DNA from: Candidatus Cloacimonadota bacterium
GTDB taxonomy: Bacteria; Cloacimonadota; Cloacimonadia; JGIOTU-2
DNA length: 64,000 nt
Assembly: GCA_049903315.1 (NCBI GenBank)
Contig: JBNGBT010000003.1
Span: 96,001-160,000, forward strand
Reading direction: 5' to 3'
Position numbers and translations under genes: made by a program. Under the pieces are notes generated by a model that was not told where the DNA came from, searched no databases, and saw only the letters and a program-made list of their open reading frames with translations. Positions 47,403 through 58,468 of this stretch are shown piece after piece. How positions within the stretch are numbered: the first letter of the stretch is position 1; every line of letters begins with the position of its first letter.

Positions 47403-48509
47403 TTATTTTTCCTTATCGATTAATGTTTCCACATATTCTGCGATTGCCAGACAACTTGTAAGCCCGGGTGACTCGATGCCGACAAGGTTTACAAAATTTG
47501 GAAATCCTTTATCCGTTTCATTTATTATAACAAAATCTCTGAAGCCTTCACCTTTTTTTTGCAGCTTGGGACGTATGCCGGAATCATCCTGCCACATCTC
47601 ATCAAACTCGATATCAAGATATTCGGATACGGATTCGTGGAATTGTTTATGATATGTTTCATCCATACTGTAATCCAGCTTATCAATATAATATGCATTT
47701 GGACCGAATGAGAGCTCCCCATTCAGGTTTATACGAATATGTATTCCCAGCGACATTCCGGTCGGATCGGGAACAGGATATACGAGATGCTCAATATTTT
47801 TGTATTTTGTTGTTTTGTAATATTCTCCCTTGCAGAGATGGATGGTGTAGTTGTGTTTTTCTGCAGTAATGCCCACCATTTCTGCTACTTTATCAGCCCA
47901 TAGTCCCGCGGAATTGATCACAATTGGGGATTTGACCTTGAAGCCGTCATTAAAAGTGACAATATACCCGTCATCAGCTTTTTCGATACCCACAACTTCA
48001 GTATTGTATGATATCATCGCACCGTTATCCTCAGCGAGGAAATCGAGCTTTTTCATCACCGCATGTGTGTCCATGATACCTGTTGACGGAACCCAGAGTG
48101 CGCCCTTTGTTTTGAAGAGAGGTTCCAGTTCTTTTACTTTTTCTTCAGTAAGAATTTCTAATCCCTTCACGCCATTTCTTGTTCCGTTTTTTAGGAGTTC
48201 TTCGAGTACTGCGATTTCTTCCTCTTTGGTAGAAATAATAAGCTTACCGCAATTTTTATGATCTATCTCGTATTCGTTCAGAAATGCATACAGCATATCT
48301 AAACCTTTCACACAGAGTGTGGCTTTCAGGGAATTTTGCGGATAGTAAATTCCGGAATGCATAACTTCGCTGTTCCTGCTGGAAGTATGCCTTCCAAAGG
48401 ATTGTTCCTTTTCTGCCACAATTACACAATCATATTCTTGGGAGAGTCGCTGTGCAATTGCCAGTCCGACAATACCTGCTCCAATTATAAGTACTTCAAC
48501 TTCTTCCAT
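47403..48509 (-). CDS. FAD-dependent oxidoreductase, L-2-hydroxyglutarate oxidase (LhgO)-like
   Basis: IIGAGIVG, TSSRNSEVMHSGIYY, KGEYY, LVYPVP, GIRPKL, GIESPGLTS. Confidence 0.85.
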   Translation of the reverse strand: MEEVEVLIIGAGIVGLAIAQRLSQEYDCVIVAEKEQSFGRHTSSRNSEVMHSGIYYPQNSLKATLCVKGLDMLYAFLNEYEIDHKNCGKLIISTKEEEIAVLEELLKNGTRNGVKGLEILTEEKVKELEPLFKTKGALWVPSTGIMDTHAVMKKLDFLAEDNGAMISYNTEVVGIEKADDGYIVTFNDGFKVKSPIVINSAGLWADKVAEMVGITAEKHNYTIHLCKGEYYKTTKYKNIEHLVYPVPDPTGMSLGIHIRINLNGELSFGPNAYYIDKLDYSMDETYHKQFHESVSEYLDIEFDEMWQDDSGIRPKLQKKGEGFRDFVIINETDKGFPNFVNLVGIESPGLTSCLAIAEYVETLIDKEK

Positions 48510-48517
48510 CGTGCTCC

Positions 48518-49834
48518 TCAAGGATGCTGAATTTGTTTTCCTTTTAGCGTCCAGCCGGTTGCGTCAATAATTTCAATATCAACAAAAGTACTAATAAGCT
48601 TTTTGTCACCAGGGAAAACTGCAATTTTGTTATCCCTGGTTCTACCCGAGAGTTCCTTATCGCTTTTTTTACTGGTCTGTTCAACGTACACCTGCACGTG
48701 TCTTCCTATTTGTTCCTGGTACTTTTCATAGGTGATGCGTTCCTGTTGATCAATAAGTTTTCGCAAACGTTCAAGACGAATTTCTTCGGGAATCTGATCC
48801 GGATATTCTGCTGCCGCAGTGCCCGTGCGTGGAGAATATTTGAACATGAAAGCATAGTCGAAATGTATTTCTTTCATGAGATTGTAGGTTTCGAGGAAAT
48901 CTTCTTCGGTTTCTCCCGGGAATCCAACCATGACGTCTGTCGTTACTGCTATTTTGGGCATTGCAGTTCGTAGTTTGCGGATAATGTTCCGATATTTATC
49001 TGATGTATAATTTCTGTTCATTTTTTCAAGAATTCTATCTGATCCTGACTGCATAGGCAGATGGAGATGCTCGCACAACTTGGGTTCTTCTGCCATAACT
49101 TTAATGACTTCATCTGAAATGTCCTTTGGATGAGAGGTGACAAAGCGAAGACGCTCTATTGAGTCAATATGAGCAGTGTCCTTTAAAAGCATATGGAAAA
49201 TATACTTTCCATCATTATATGAATTTACATTTTGTCCAAGTAGTGTTACATCCTTGAATCCACCATTTCCTGCTTTCTCAATTTCCAAAAGAATTTCTTT
49301 GTGGCTACGTGAACGTTCCCGTCCACGCACATAGGGAACGATACAGTATGAGCAGAAATTATTGCATCCGCGCATGATCGTGACAAAGGCATTCACTCCT
49401 TTATTTCTTACAGGATAGATATTCTCATAATTTTCAATATTGTTTTGCACATCTGCGAATAGGGATTCTTTCTTGTTTGCACATGCTGATATGATTTCGG
49501 GAAGATTACGATATTGGTCTGTTCCGACAACGAAATCCAGACTTCTTATCTCGTTGAGAAGTTCATTCCCTTTTCTCTGTGCCACACAGCCGATCAGCCC
49601 GATAAGCATATTCGGATTTTGTTCTTTTCTTGTTCCTTCAGCAGTGATCCTTCCAAGTACTCTATCCTCAGCATGCTGCCGTACAGTGCAGCTATTAAAA
49701 ATGAGAATATCTGCCGAGTCAATGCTCTCTGCTTTTTGATAACCTGCGCTGACGAGAATGCCAGCAACGAGTTCGCTGTCTGCCACATTCATCTGGCATC
49801 CATAGGTTTTGATGTAGAATGTATTATTTTTCAT
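48518..49834 (-). CDS. miaB: tRNA methylthiotransferase MiaB
   Basis: TYGCQMN, NSCTVR, GCVAQ, GCNNFCSYCIVP, TRAM domain. Confidence 0.95.
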   Translation of the reverse strand: MKNNTFYIKTYGCQMNVADSELVAGILVSAGYQKAESIDSADILIFNSCTVRQHAEDRVLGRITAEGTRKEQNPNMLIGLIGCVAQRKGNELLNEIRSLDFVVGTDQYRNLPEIISACANKKESLFADVQNNIENYENIYPVRNKGVNAFVTIMRGCNNFCSYCIVPYVRGRERSRSHKEILLEIEKAGNGGFKDVTLLGQNVNSYNDGKYIFHMLLKDTAHIDSIERLRFVTSHPKDISDEVIKVMAEEPKLCEHLHLPMQSGSDRILEKMNRNYTSDKYRNIIRKLRTAMPKIAVTTDVMVGFPGETEEDFLETYNLMKEIHFDYAFMFKYSPRTGTAAAEYPDQIPEEIRLERLRKLIDQQERITYEKYQEQIGRHVQVYVEQTSKKSDKELSGRTRDNKIAVFPGDKKLISTFVDIEIIDATGWTLKGKQIQHP

Positions 49835-49896
49835 ATTAGGGTAAAATTTATTTTTTGTTTATCAAAATTGAAACATATGTATCAGATTCGAGACAA

Positions 49897-51438
49897 TCAA
49901 TTGTCCTTATACTCTATCTTTTTCAAACCTATTCCCTTAAAATAGTGTTTTAAAATATCCTCATAGGTATAGCCCTGCTTTGCCATATTGATTGCTCCGA
50001 TCTGGCACATGCCCACTCCGTGTCCGCTTCCTCTGCCTATGATTCTGATGTATTGTGAATCCTTTATAATATAGAAAAGTGAGGAACGCAAGCCGCCAAG
50101 AGTCTGCCTTATAAGAAGTTCGTTATCGAGTAGCAAATCTCCCTGAGAACCCTTAAGCTTCATTTTAATAATGCGCCCGGATTCACCACGCTCAAGCACC
50201 TCATAGTCAACATAAGAACCAAAATTTGCTTTATCTTCCATCATACGGGTAAAACCATCCCGAGAAAATTTCTTTTCCCATGTATAGGTGTTCCTTACCC
50301 ATCCCTTTTCATCTTCAGTGTTACAAAAGACGGGCTGTGGATCTTTGATCCATTTTTCTGCATAATAATTCTCAGTCAGATCGGATGAATTTGAGCCCTT
50401 CCCATCATAGACGCTTGTGAGATAGGGAACTTCATTCCCACCCCAGGCATTTGAGCACGTTTCTGTTTTGCCTCCGCAACTTGTGGAATACACTGCATTG
50501 ATGATCTTCCCCTTATGTGCCCCAACGATGCCGCGTGTGTTTTCTACAGCGCTTTCTGTTACTGCGTTTATATCGGTAATGCCAGAGAAAACCTGACAAT
50601 GCACACTGGCGCACAGATCAAAACCATCATCTTTATGAACGCCGTTCAATACTTTAAAAAGCGCTTCTGAGCGTGCTGCGACTGCCTGTGCCTTCATTGC
50701 TTCCATTGGGGAATCTGTACCTATTTCATTTGGGATGACACCTGCAACATAGTTTTCAAAATCTGAATGTGCGATTAAATTCATTTTACCGATTTGATTG
50801 ATAATAACTCGCAGATCTGATTCGTATTCTCGTGTAACAAATTCATGAGGATTCCAAAAATTCGATCGCGGCACATTTTCCACAGTAATAGGAGTTGAGC
50901 TTTCAATCCGAATCGGAGCATGCAGGTAGTAGTCCTTCTGCTGCCCAACATCATAGATCAAAAGATCGCTGTAGGAATATTCGTATTCTTCTTCGATCCA
51001 GGAGTCGATCTCCGCATTGAGCTTTGCCTCTTCATATGATGAAAAAGTGTTATTCAAATACACGGCAAATTCCGTTTCTATTGAGAAGTTCTTCCCGTCA
51101 AAGGAAATTACAGGAATTTCCTGCACATAGCATTCCGGAAATGTGATAATAAATGCATCTGCTTTTTTCTGAGTTGTGAATTTCTTAATACCGATTCTCC
51201 AATAAGGAATAATCTCGATCCCATCGGGAATCTGTATTGATAGTGACGTGTTTGAGAATTCGAGCTGGAAAGGTGAGTCCTCCTCAGTAATAATAATTGT
51301 ACCTGCAGATGAAAGGTCTATCGTATGGGCATTCGGCACGATCTCGACATCAACATACAGCACATCATCTATGATCTCAGCAGCATTGAGAGAAGAAATG
51401 AAGAAAAAAATTATAACGATCAGCCGAATAAATTTCAC
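49897..51438 (-). CDS. SpoIID/LytB-domain lytic transglycosylase
   Basis: YVAGVIPNE, EAMKAQAVAARS, CQVF, YSTSCGG, GHGVGMCQ.GA. Confidence 0.9.
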   Translation of the reverse strand: MKFIRLIVIIFFFISSLNAAEIIDDVLYVDVEIVPNAHTIDLSSAGTIIITEEDSPFQLEFSNTSLSIQIPDGIEIIPYWRIGIKKFTTQKKADAFIITFPECYVQEIPVISFDGKNFSIETEFAVYLNNTFSSYEEAKLNAEIDSWIEEEYEYSYSDLLIYDVGQQKDYYLHAPIRIESSTPITVENVPRSNFWNPHEFVTREYESDLRVIINQIGKMNLIAHSDFENYVAGVIPNEIGTDSPMEAMKAQAVAARSEALFKVLNGVHKDDGFDLCASVHCQVFSGITDINAVTESAVENTRGIVGAHKGKIINAVYSTSCGGKTETCSNAWGGNEVPYLTSVYDGKGSNSSDLTENYYAEKWIKDPQPVFCNTEDEKGWVRNTYTWEKKFSRDGFTRMMEDKANFGSYVDYEVLERGESGRIIKMKLKGSQGDLLLDNELLIRQTLGGLRSSLFYIIKDSQYIRIIGRGSGHGVGMCQIGAINMAKQGYTYEDILKHYFKGIGLKKIEYKDN

Positions 51439-53453
51439 AGCACTTCACTTCCTTCAGGGACTTCTTTTTCGGGTATGACAACTGCGATACCTTCTTTAGA
51501 ATTTGCAGCAAGGATCATTCCGTTGGATTCCAGACCCATGAGCTTTCTCGGTTTCAGATTCATGAGCATGACGACATGTTTCCCGATCAGATCTTCCGGT
51601 TTATAATATTGAGATATACCTGCAATAATCTGTCTCTTTTCCCCTGCACATCCGACTTTGAGTTTGAGAAGTTTATTGGCTTTAGGGATTGCCTCTGCTG
51701 CAATCACCTTTACGACGCGCAGTTCGATCTTCGCAAAATCATCATATTCTATTTCGGGCTTATGCTCGAGTGCAGGAGCTGTGCCGGACTGCTTTTCAAG
51801 AAGCTCATTATGCAATTTCACCTCCTTGTCCGTGATCTTTCTGAAGAGGGGCTCAATTTCACCGAGTTGAGTTTTTTCAAGAGGATTATCGATCTCTTTC
51901 CATGCGAGTGGTCGATCAAGATTCATCATTTTTCTTAGTTTCCTCATGCTCTTAGGGAGAACAGGAGAGAGTATGATCGAGATGATGCGAAGCAATTCCC
52001 CACACACATAGAGAGTTTCTGCCGCATTTTCTTTATTTTCTTTCACCGCTTTCCACGGACTGGTCTCATCAAAATATTTGTTGCCCGAGCGTGCAATATC
52101 CATAATGAGTTTTACTGCTTTGCGCACTCTGTAATTCTCGTAACATTCTTTTATTTCCGAAACAAGTTTATGGGCATCCTGAAGAGTTTCCTGAGAGAGC
52201 GTTGTGAGGTGTTCTGGTTTTTCTATTTTTCCATCAAAATATTTATTTACAAAAGTAAAAACACGGTTTGCAAGATTGCCGAGGATATTCGCAAGCTCGT
52301 TATTGACCTTTGCCTGAAAATCTTCCCATGTGAAGTCACTGTCCTTATTTTCCGGGGCAATTGCAGCAAGGTAGTAACGCAGAAATTCCGGGTTGAAATA
52401 TTTCACAACATCCTTCACCCAAATTGCATAATTTTTGCTGGTTGATGATTTCTGCCCTTTGATATTGAGATATTCATTCGCCGGCACATCATAAGGAAGT
52501 ACAAAATTCTCTTCCTGCTCCATAAGCACTGAGGGGAAGATGATCGTGTGGAATGGTATGTTATCTTTGCCGATAAAATGGATGAGCTTTGTGTCCTGAT
52601 TAAGCCAGTAATCTTTCCAGCGGTCAGGTGTTCCAAGGTTCTTTGCCCATTCCACTGTGGAAGAAATGTAACCGATCGGTGCATCGAACCACACATAGAG
52701 CACTTTTCCTTCTGCGTTTTCCAGAGGTACTGGAATTCCCCAGTCCAGATCGCGGGTGATTGAGCGCTCGATAAGTCCTTCATTCAGCCAACTCAGGATG
52801 AAATTGAGTACATTCTCTTTCCAGTAGGTTTTTGTTTCTAACCATTTGCGGAGCGGTTCTTCAAATTTGGGCAGTTCAAGATACCAGTTTGTCGTTTCTT
52901 TGATGACTGGTGTGTTCCCGCAAATTTTACATTTAGGATCGATCAATTTTGTGGCATCGATCAGTTTTCCACAGGAATCACACTGATCGCCGCGAGCGCC
53001 TTCTGCACCGCAGTATGGACAGGTTCCTTCGATATATCTGTCTGCCAGAAAACGTTTGTCATGTTCGCAATAATGCTGTTGTGTGGTTTTCTGTATCACA
53101 TAACCTGCATTGAAAAGACTCAGGAAGAATTTTTGTGAGATCTCTGTATGAACAGGGCGCGCAGTCCCCGAGAAATTATCAAAATTTATGTCAAGATCCT
53201 GAAAACTTTTTACAATGCTATCATGATAATAATCAACGATTTCGCGTGGAGTTTTACCTTCAGCTTCCGCTTTGATGGAGATGGGAGCGCCGTTTTCATC
53301 CGAGCCGCATATATAGATCACATCATTGCCGAGCAGCTTCTGAAATCGAACAAAAATGTCTGCAGGAAGGTATGCTCCTGCAACGTGCCCGATATGGAGA
53401 TGTCCGTTTGCATAGGGAAGAGCACTGGTTACCAAGTATTTTTCTTTTTTCAT
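51435..53453 (-). CDS. metG: Methionine--tRNA ligase with C-terminal tRNA-binding domain
   Basis: ALPYANG.LHIGH, Zn knuckles, YVWFDA, GKDNIPFH, C-terminal OB fold. Confidence 0.97.
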   Translation of the reverse strand: MKKEKYLVTSALPYANGHLHIGHVAGAYLPADIFVRFQKLLGNDVIYICGSDENGAPISIKAEAEGKTPREIVDYYHDSIVKSFQDLDINFDNFSGTARPVHTEISQKFFLSLFNAGYVIQKTTQQHYCEHDKRFLADRYIEGTCPYCGAEGARGDQCDSCGKLIDATKLIDPKCKICGNTPVIKETTNWYLELPKFEEPLRKWLETKTYWKENVLNFILSWLNEGLIERSITRDLDWGIPVPLENAEGKVLYVWFDAPIGYISSTVEWAKNLGTPDRWKDYWLNQDTKLIHFIGKDNIPFHTIIFPSVLMEQEENFVLPYDVPANEYLNIKGQKSSTSKNYAIWVKDVVKYFNPEFLRYYLAAIAPENKDSDFTWEDFQAKVNNELANILGNLANRVFTFVNKYFDGKIEKPEHLTTLSQETLQDAHKLVSEIKECYENYRVRKAVKLIMDIARSGNKYFDETSPWKAVKENKENAAETLYVCGELLRIISIILSPVLPKSMRKLRKMMNLDRPLAWKEIDNPLEKTQLGEIEPLFRKITDKEVKLHNELLEKQSGTAPALEHKPEIEYDDFAKIELRVVKVIAAEAIPKANKLLKLKVGCAGEKRQIIAGISQYYKPEDLIGKHVVMLMNLKPRKLMGLESNGMILAANSKEGIAVVIPEKEVPEGSEVL

Positions 53454-54199
53454 TACTTTTTCCTGATTTGATTTTTTACAGAATCTATTGCCTGCTGCAC
53501 CTTTTCCTGGTCACCGAGATAATAGTGAGTCTGAGCTTTCAGCTCATTATCGAGTTCATAGATCAGCGGAATGCCTGTAGGAATATTGAGTCCAACTATC
53601 TCTTCATCGGAAATATTGTCCAAATATTTTACAAGCGCTCTCAAACTGTTTCCATGTGCTACGATGATAACTTTCTTATCCTGCCTTATCGCAGGAATTA
53701 TCGTATTTTTCCAATAGGGAAGAAATCTCGCAACTGTATCTTTCAGGCATTCGGTCAAAGGAAGGTCTTTTTTGGACACATTGGCGTACATCGGATTATT
53801 GCCCGGGTAACGAGGATCGTCCTCCGTGAGTGCAGGAGGACGTGTGTCATAACTTCTGCGCCAGATGAGTACTTGCTTCTCGCCATATTTATCAGCGGTC
53901 TCTTTTTTATTGAGTCCTTGCAGCGCGCCATAATGCCTTTCGTTCAGACGCCATGACCGCTCCACAGGAAGCCACATCATATCCATGTCATCCATCACGA
54001 TCCACAACGTTCTGATCGCGCGTTTGAGCACAGAAGTGAACACAATATCAAAGGTGAATCCTTCTTTCTGCAGCAGTTCTGCGGATTCATGTGCTTCCAG
54101 AATTCCTTTTTCAGAAAGATCGACATCTGTCCAGCCGGTGAACTTATTTTCCTTATTCCAGATGCTTTCGCCATGACGCAAGAGAACGAGTTTATGCAT
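53453..54199 (-). CDS. gpmA: 2,3-BPG-dependent phosphoglycerate mutase
   Basis: [23 protein letters not shown]; start refined to 54199. Confidence 0.96.
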   Translation of the reverse strand: MHKLVLLRHGESIWNKENKFTGWTDVDLSEKGILEAHESAELLQKEGFTFDIVFTSVLKRAIRTLWIVMDDMDMMWLPVERSWRLNERHYGALQGLNKKETADKYGEKQVLIWRRSYDTRPPALTEDDPRYPGNNPMYANVSKKDLPLTECLKDTVARFLPYWKNTIIPAIRQDKKVIIVAHGNSLRALVKYLDNISDEEIVGLNIPTGIPLIYELDNELKAQTHYYLGDQEKVQQAIDSVKNQIRKK

Positions 54200-55103
54200 A
54201 CTGACTGCCTTTGTAAATACTGAGTGCATCTTCGGGTGTTCTCCCTTCCACTGTGATGGCAAAGATTGCTCTGCACAAACGGACAGCTTCGGGTAATGTT
54301 TTCTGATGGATGTTCCTGCCGGTTGCATTTCCTGCTGCACCTGCCTGTATCTGGTCATACATTCGAGTGAGAAATTCACCCACATCGACCGATGACCCAC
54401 CTGCGCATATCACGCCTGTTCTTCCGGCAGCTCTTATTGCTTCTTTAAAATCTTCCTTTGCCTGATACGTATCGGGATAGTTCACCTTCACGAAATCTGC
54501 ACCAAGGCATGCCGCAACACCAGTCGCACCTGCAATGAGGTGCGGATCTTTTTCATTGGCTACTGCTTTTCCGCGCGGGTATATCCAGAGTATTGCAATG
54601 AGTGCGTTTTCATGCGCATTGCGTATTACTTGCGCCGCAGTCTGAAGCATAATGTCCTCGAATTCACTGCCAAGGTATACTGTATAACCTACACCGAGGA
54701 TCTTCAAATCGCTGATATTCTTGAAATGGACTACCTGCTGAACAGTAGTGAGCAGTGGACTTAATGGGTCGCGCTGCGAGGTTTTGACCAGGTTGGTCTT
54801 GGAGTTGAGCTTCACCACATAGGGGATATTGCGATAACTGTCGCCATATCTGGAGATCAAACCAAGTTGCGTGGCAAATGCACCGATCGGAGATTGTGCA
54901 GCGATCTTGAAAAGATGCTCAGGATCGGAGTCCTCAGGAGCAATTCCTTCTCCATAGAAGTCATCGTTGAGGTGCTCGATTTTTTGATCTCCGGCAAAAA
55001 GCATCAACCGTCCGCTTTTGCGCGTGATCTCCTGATAATTAAAAATAAAGGTGCCCTTCACCTCATTAGGAATATCAACAGGTACGCATATTTTGTCTTG
55101 CAT
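54192..55103 (-). CDS. Class I (DhnA-type) fructose-bisphosphate aldolase
   Basis: [36 protein letters not shown]. Confidence 0.85.
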   Translation of the reverse strand: MQDKICVPVDIPNEVKGTFIFNYQEITRKSGRLMLFAGDQKIEHLNDDFYGEGIAPEDSDPEHLFKIAAQSPIGAFATQLGLISRYGDSYRNIPYVVKLNSKTNLVKTSQRDPLSPLLTTVQQVVHFKNISDLKILGVGYTVYLGSEFEDIMLQTAAQVIRNAHENALIAILWIYPRGKAVANEKDPHLIAGATGVAACLGADFVKVNYPDTYQAKEDFKEAIRAAGRTGVICAGGSSVDVGEFLTRMYDQIQAGAAGNATGRNIHQKTLPEAVRLCRAIFAITVEGRTPEDALSIYKGSQYA

Positions 55104-55125
55104 ATGTCATCCAATATTTTTTGAT

Positions 55126-55162
55126 AAAAAGGAGTGCCCCTTCACAAGAAGAACACTCCTTT
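55126..55162 (-). terminator. Terminator-like hairpin after the SPFH gene
   Basis: Minus strand GGAGTGTTCT...AGGGGCACTCC followed by TTTTT. Confidence 0.65.
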
Positions 55163-55175
55163 ATAAAGTAATGTT

Positions 55176-55922
55176 TTATTTGCCTATTTTATCGAGAAAG
55201 CCCTGAATAAGGTCGATTGGGAGAGGAAATACGATGGTAGAATTCTTTTCTGCAGCGATCTCATTGAGCGTTTGCAGGTAACGGAGCTGGATGGAAGCGG
55301 GATTTTGAGCGAGTACTTTTGCTGCTTCTGCGAGCTGTTTGGAAGCTTGAAGTTCACCTTCGGCATGGATGATCTTGGCGCGGCGCTCACGCTCTGCTTC
55401 TGCCTGGCGTGCCATCGCCCTCTGCATTGTGGAAGGAAGCTCCACGTCTTTGACCTCGACCACGCTCACTTTAATACCCCACGGATCGGTCTGTTCGTCG
55501 ATCACTTTCTGGAGTTCTATGCTGATCTTATCTCTTTCGGAAAGGAGTTCATCGAGTTCTGATTTACCGAGAATATTCCTCAAAGTGGTTTGAGCGATCT
55601 GCGAAGTCGCCTGTACGTAGTTCTCAATTTTGACAACTGCATCTTCCGGGTTGATCACACGGAAATACACGACTGCATTGACTTTCACCGGTACATTATC
55701 GCGTGTGATAATATCCTGCGGCGGCACGTCCATGGTAACGGTACGAAGTTCGACCTTTACCATTCTGTCGATAAAGGGAATGAGCAGGAACAGTCCGGGA
55801 CCCTTTGCCCGAAGAAGTCTCCCAAGGCGGAACACAACACCGCGTTCATATTCACGAACGACGCGTATTGCCTTGAACAATATAATAAGCCCGAGCGCAA
55901 CTATTATAATAATTGTTTGCAT
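55176..55922 (-). CDS. Slipin/stomatin (SPFH) family protein
   Basis: [41 protein letters not shown]. Confidence 0.93.
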   Translation of the reverse strand: MQTIIIIVALGLIILFKAIRVVREYERGVVFRLGRLLRAKGPGLFLLIPFIDRMVKVELRTVTMDVPPQDIITRDNVPVKVNAVVYFRVINPEDAVVKIENYVQATSQIAQTTLRNILGKSELDELLSERDKISIELQKVIDEQTDPWGIKVSVVEVKDVELPSTMQRAMARQAEAERERRAKIIHAEGELQASKQLAEAAKVLAQNPASIQLRYLQTLNEIAAEKNSTIVFPLPIDLIQGFLDKIGK

Positions 55923-56010
55923 ACGAACCTCCTATTTTAAGCTTTAAATGAAATACTTATTTGTAAAATGAGCTGTCAATTTATTTGGGAAATTTGTGAA
56001 AATAGAATAA

Positions 56011-56412
56011 TTATCTAAGCATTTTTTTCCATTTTGAATATATCTTCCTTGATAAGTTTATTGTGTGACATGATAAACCCAATGTTGTAATAAATATTGC
56101 AAAATACATTAGTTTTACAGCATTATAGTTTTTATAGGATTTTAGACCAATTGATATAAGACTATCTATAGCTTCTATTAAAATTTTTATAAAATCTGGT
56201 AAAAGTATGAGAGTTAAAATGGAGGTAGCTAACGCTAAAGGTAAAGCACGAGTATGATACACCGTCGATGCGGTCTTGATTGATTTTTTTCTGTCCTCTA
56301 AATGCTCTTCAGGTATTAAATCTATCGTTTTTTTGATTTCATTATACCAAGAACTATATAAAAGACCAATAACCGCTAAAAATAAACTTGAAGCAGATAA
56401 TAGATCATTCAT
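56011..56412 (-). CDS. Hypothetical membrane protein (~3 TM)
   Basis: Three hydrophobic segments; 1 bp from the upstream stop. Confidence 0.7.
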   Translation of the reverse strand: MNDLLSASSLFLAVIGLLYSSWYNEIKKTIDLIPEEHLEDRKKSIKTASTVYHTRALPLALATSILTLILLPDFIKILIEAIDSLISIGLKSYKNYNAVKLMYFAIFITTLGLSCHTINLSRKIYSKWKKMLR

Positions 56413-56413
56413 T

Positions 56414-56998
56414 TCATCCTTTCAATTTAGATTTCACTCCAAACTCCTTACATAATTCATTATATGATGACGGCTTAAATGTGTAGACGGATACGCTGCC
56501 TTGTTTTTTTCGAACAGGTGGAAGGCTTGAATTAATCTGAATAAGTCTTTTGTTGAACTCATCGACAAGATTTACATTATGAATACCTACTGATAATTCA
56601 TTCTTCTCATTATTAATTTTAACTGATTCAATCAACAACTTTAAAGTATTATTTATTTCGTCTTGTAATAAATACTGATACTTGGACATAACTGCACGAA
56701 TAAGAGATCTGCTATTAGTAGATGTCATTTGAAATAAACGACAAACTCTTTGTTCGTCTGGAATTAGTCCAGAACAAACATTTTTAACAAGTAAATAAAG
56801 TCTATATTCAAGAATGTCGGAACCTCGACTAAAGACTTTTTGACCTAAAAACATTGTAACAAATTCAGTTAAGGCAGTTTTAGAATATTGTTTTAATCTG
56901 TTCTCTAATTCAGATTCTTGACAACCAATTATTTTTGATAACTCTATAATGTCTACTCCATTTAGATTAAGTTTAGTTTCGATTGTTAATTCAGGCAT
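56414..56998 (-). CDS. Hypothetical protein (possible HTH-like core)
   Basis: GGAGGAG RBS; the segment IPDEQRVCRLFQMTSTNSRSLIR is HTH-like. Confidence 0.7.
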   Translation of the reverse strand: MPELTIETKLNLNGVDIIELSKIIGCQESELENRLKQYSKTALTEFVTMFLGQKVFSRGSDILEYRLYLLVKNVCSGLIPDEQRVCRLFQMTSTNSRSLIRAVMSKYQYLLQDEINNTLKLLIESVKINNEKNELSVGIHNVNLVDEFNKRLIQINSSLPPVRKKQGSVSVYTFKPSSYNELCKEFGVKSKLKG

Positions 56999-57009
56999 AT
57001 CTCCTCCAA

Positions 57010-57906
57010 TTATTTATTTTCTCTTTTTATTAAACCCTTAAAACTTAATAGAACAAATTGCGATAAAGTTAATGCTAAGTTCCTTAATAGTCTTGCTTGA
57101 TCACTTTTAGCCATATAAGGATGACCACCTGTATGACTAAGCAGACCATATAACTTTGCTATTGCTTCTTTTTCTTTGGTTTCAATTATTTTTTTTGCTT
57201 CAAGATAATCTCTTACTTTTTGCGGTTTTTCGAACAGAGTATTGGGTATTATTCCTTTTTCATTCTCATATATTACTTTTACAGTTTCTCTTAATACTGA
57301 TTCAAAAAATTTCCTCGAATTGGATATTGAATCATCCCACTTTTGATCAATAAAGTGTTGTTCAGATAAATCTAAATGATGAAAAGCAGTTTTTTGATTA
57401 CCTAGATTTAATTCTTCATATAAATTTTTTAATACTCCCTTAGCTTCTTTTATATCAATGGCATCAGATTCGGGTTTTTGTAATTTGCCATTCTGGAATA
57501 TATAACCATCCAATTCCAATGTTCTTTTCAAGCTATTAATTTGTTTATTATAAATAGTTTTTTCGGTTGAATTAAAAGTCGATATCTCTACTAAAGCATC
57601 TTCAGCAAGTTTTTCTAAATATTTAATGCCCAATAATTGTTTTTCTGATTCAGGATAATTTGGATACGCATCAGATATAGTCTCACCTGTGTGCAATCTC
57701 ATTACCCATTCTTGTATTGCCCTTTCACCATATAAATCTTTAATAGAGTTAAGAAACCACTCTTCGTAATCTGCCTTGTACAAAAAATCATAAAAATTCC
57801 CCTTATCAATTACTATTCTGTCATAATAAAAGCCGGTCGTATCTTTAGTGGTATATTTTTTCTCATAAAATTCAGCAATAGCAATGGCAGTTATTCTTGA
57901 TATCAT
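57010..57906 (-). CDS. Hypothetical protein with Abi_C/HEPN-like C-terminal domain
   Basis: C-terminal helical region: SISNSRKFFESVL ... LSHTGGH ... QARL..NLA..LSQF. Confidence 0.55.
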   Translation of the reverse strand: MISRITAIAIAEFYEKKYTTKDTTGFYYDRIVIDKGNFYDFLYKADYEEWFLNSIKDLYGERAIQEWVMRLHTGETISDAYPNYPESEKQLLGIKYLEKLAEDALVEISTFNSTEKTIYNKQINSLKRTLELDGYIFQNGKLQKPESDAIDIKEAKGVLKNLYEELNLGNQKTAFHHLDLSEQHFIDQKWDDSISNSRKFFESVLRETVKVIYENEKGIIPNTLFEKPQKVRDYLEAKKIIETKEKEAIAKLYGLLSHTGGHPYMAKSDQARLLRNLALTLSQFVLLSFKGLIKRENK

Positions 57907-57961
57907 TTTAACTCCACGTTTTATTTTAACACATTCTATTAATTATGATATGTCACTAGAT

Positions 57962-58468
57962 TTATGATTCATTAAATAGTACACTTGGAACCTCTTCACA
58001 GAAAATTGGAAATAAAACATTAATAATTGTTTCAGCAGATAATGAACGAAGCTGAGGACTGAATCCCATTTCACCATAGTCAAGCCCCAACATAAATTTG
58101 CAAATTATAACAAATCTTTCTTGTAATTTCATCAACTCCCAACATATTTCTTCATTTGATGTGATTTCATCCAATATCATATTTGGAGTAATATATTTAT
58201 ATCTAATATTCAAACGTAATCTAGAAAATATTAAGGTAATCCAAAAATCATCATCTGATGTTTTAAACTTTTTTGAGATATCTTGCATCGTGTCGTACAT
58301 TGCAATGAGGAAACCTATATGATGGGATAATATTTTGATTATTATTCTTTTACTCATATCTTCAATTCCAAGTGTTTCACAAATTATTTTATCTTTATAA
58401 TATTTTGATGCAATTTTTCTTGGCAAAAAAACTGTACGCTTTAGATTGTTAAATAAACCTTTCATCAT
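57962..58468 (-). CDS. Hypothetical protein
   Basis: 168-aa ORF with an AGGA RBS and a leader homologous to that of the 59888-60565 gene. Confidence 0.55.
   Translation of the reverse strand: MMKGLFNNLKRTVFLPRKIASKYYKDKIICETLGIEDMSKRIIIKILSHHIGFLIAMYDTMQDISKKFKTSDDDFWITLIFSRLRLNIRYKYITPNMILDEITSNEEICWELMKLQERFVIICKFMLGLDYGEMGFSPQLRSLSAETIINVLFPIFCEEVPSVLFNES

Noticed and set aside
52430..52460. MetG KMSKS motif reads KSSTS
   Set aside because: K-x-S-T-S variants are common in this MetRS type, and the rest of the enzyme is intact.
53453..54400. Apparent 67-aa N-terminal extension of GpmA, and similar extensions on mvhD, korB and the C25 peptidase
   Set aside because: Artefacts of longest-ORF calling; downstream starts match the family N-termini, several with a clear RBS.
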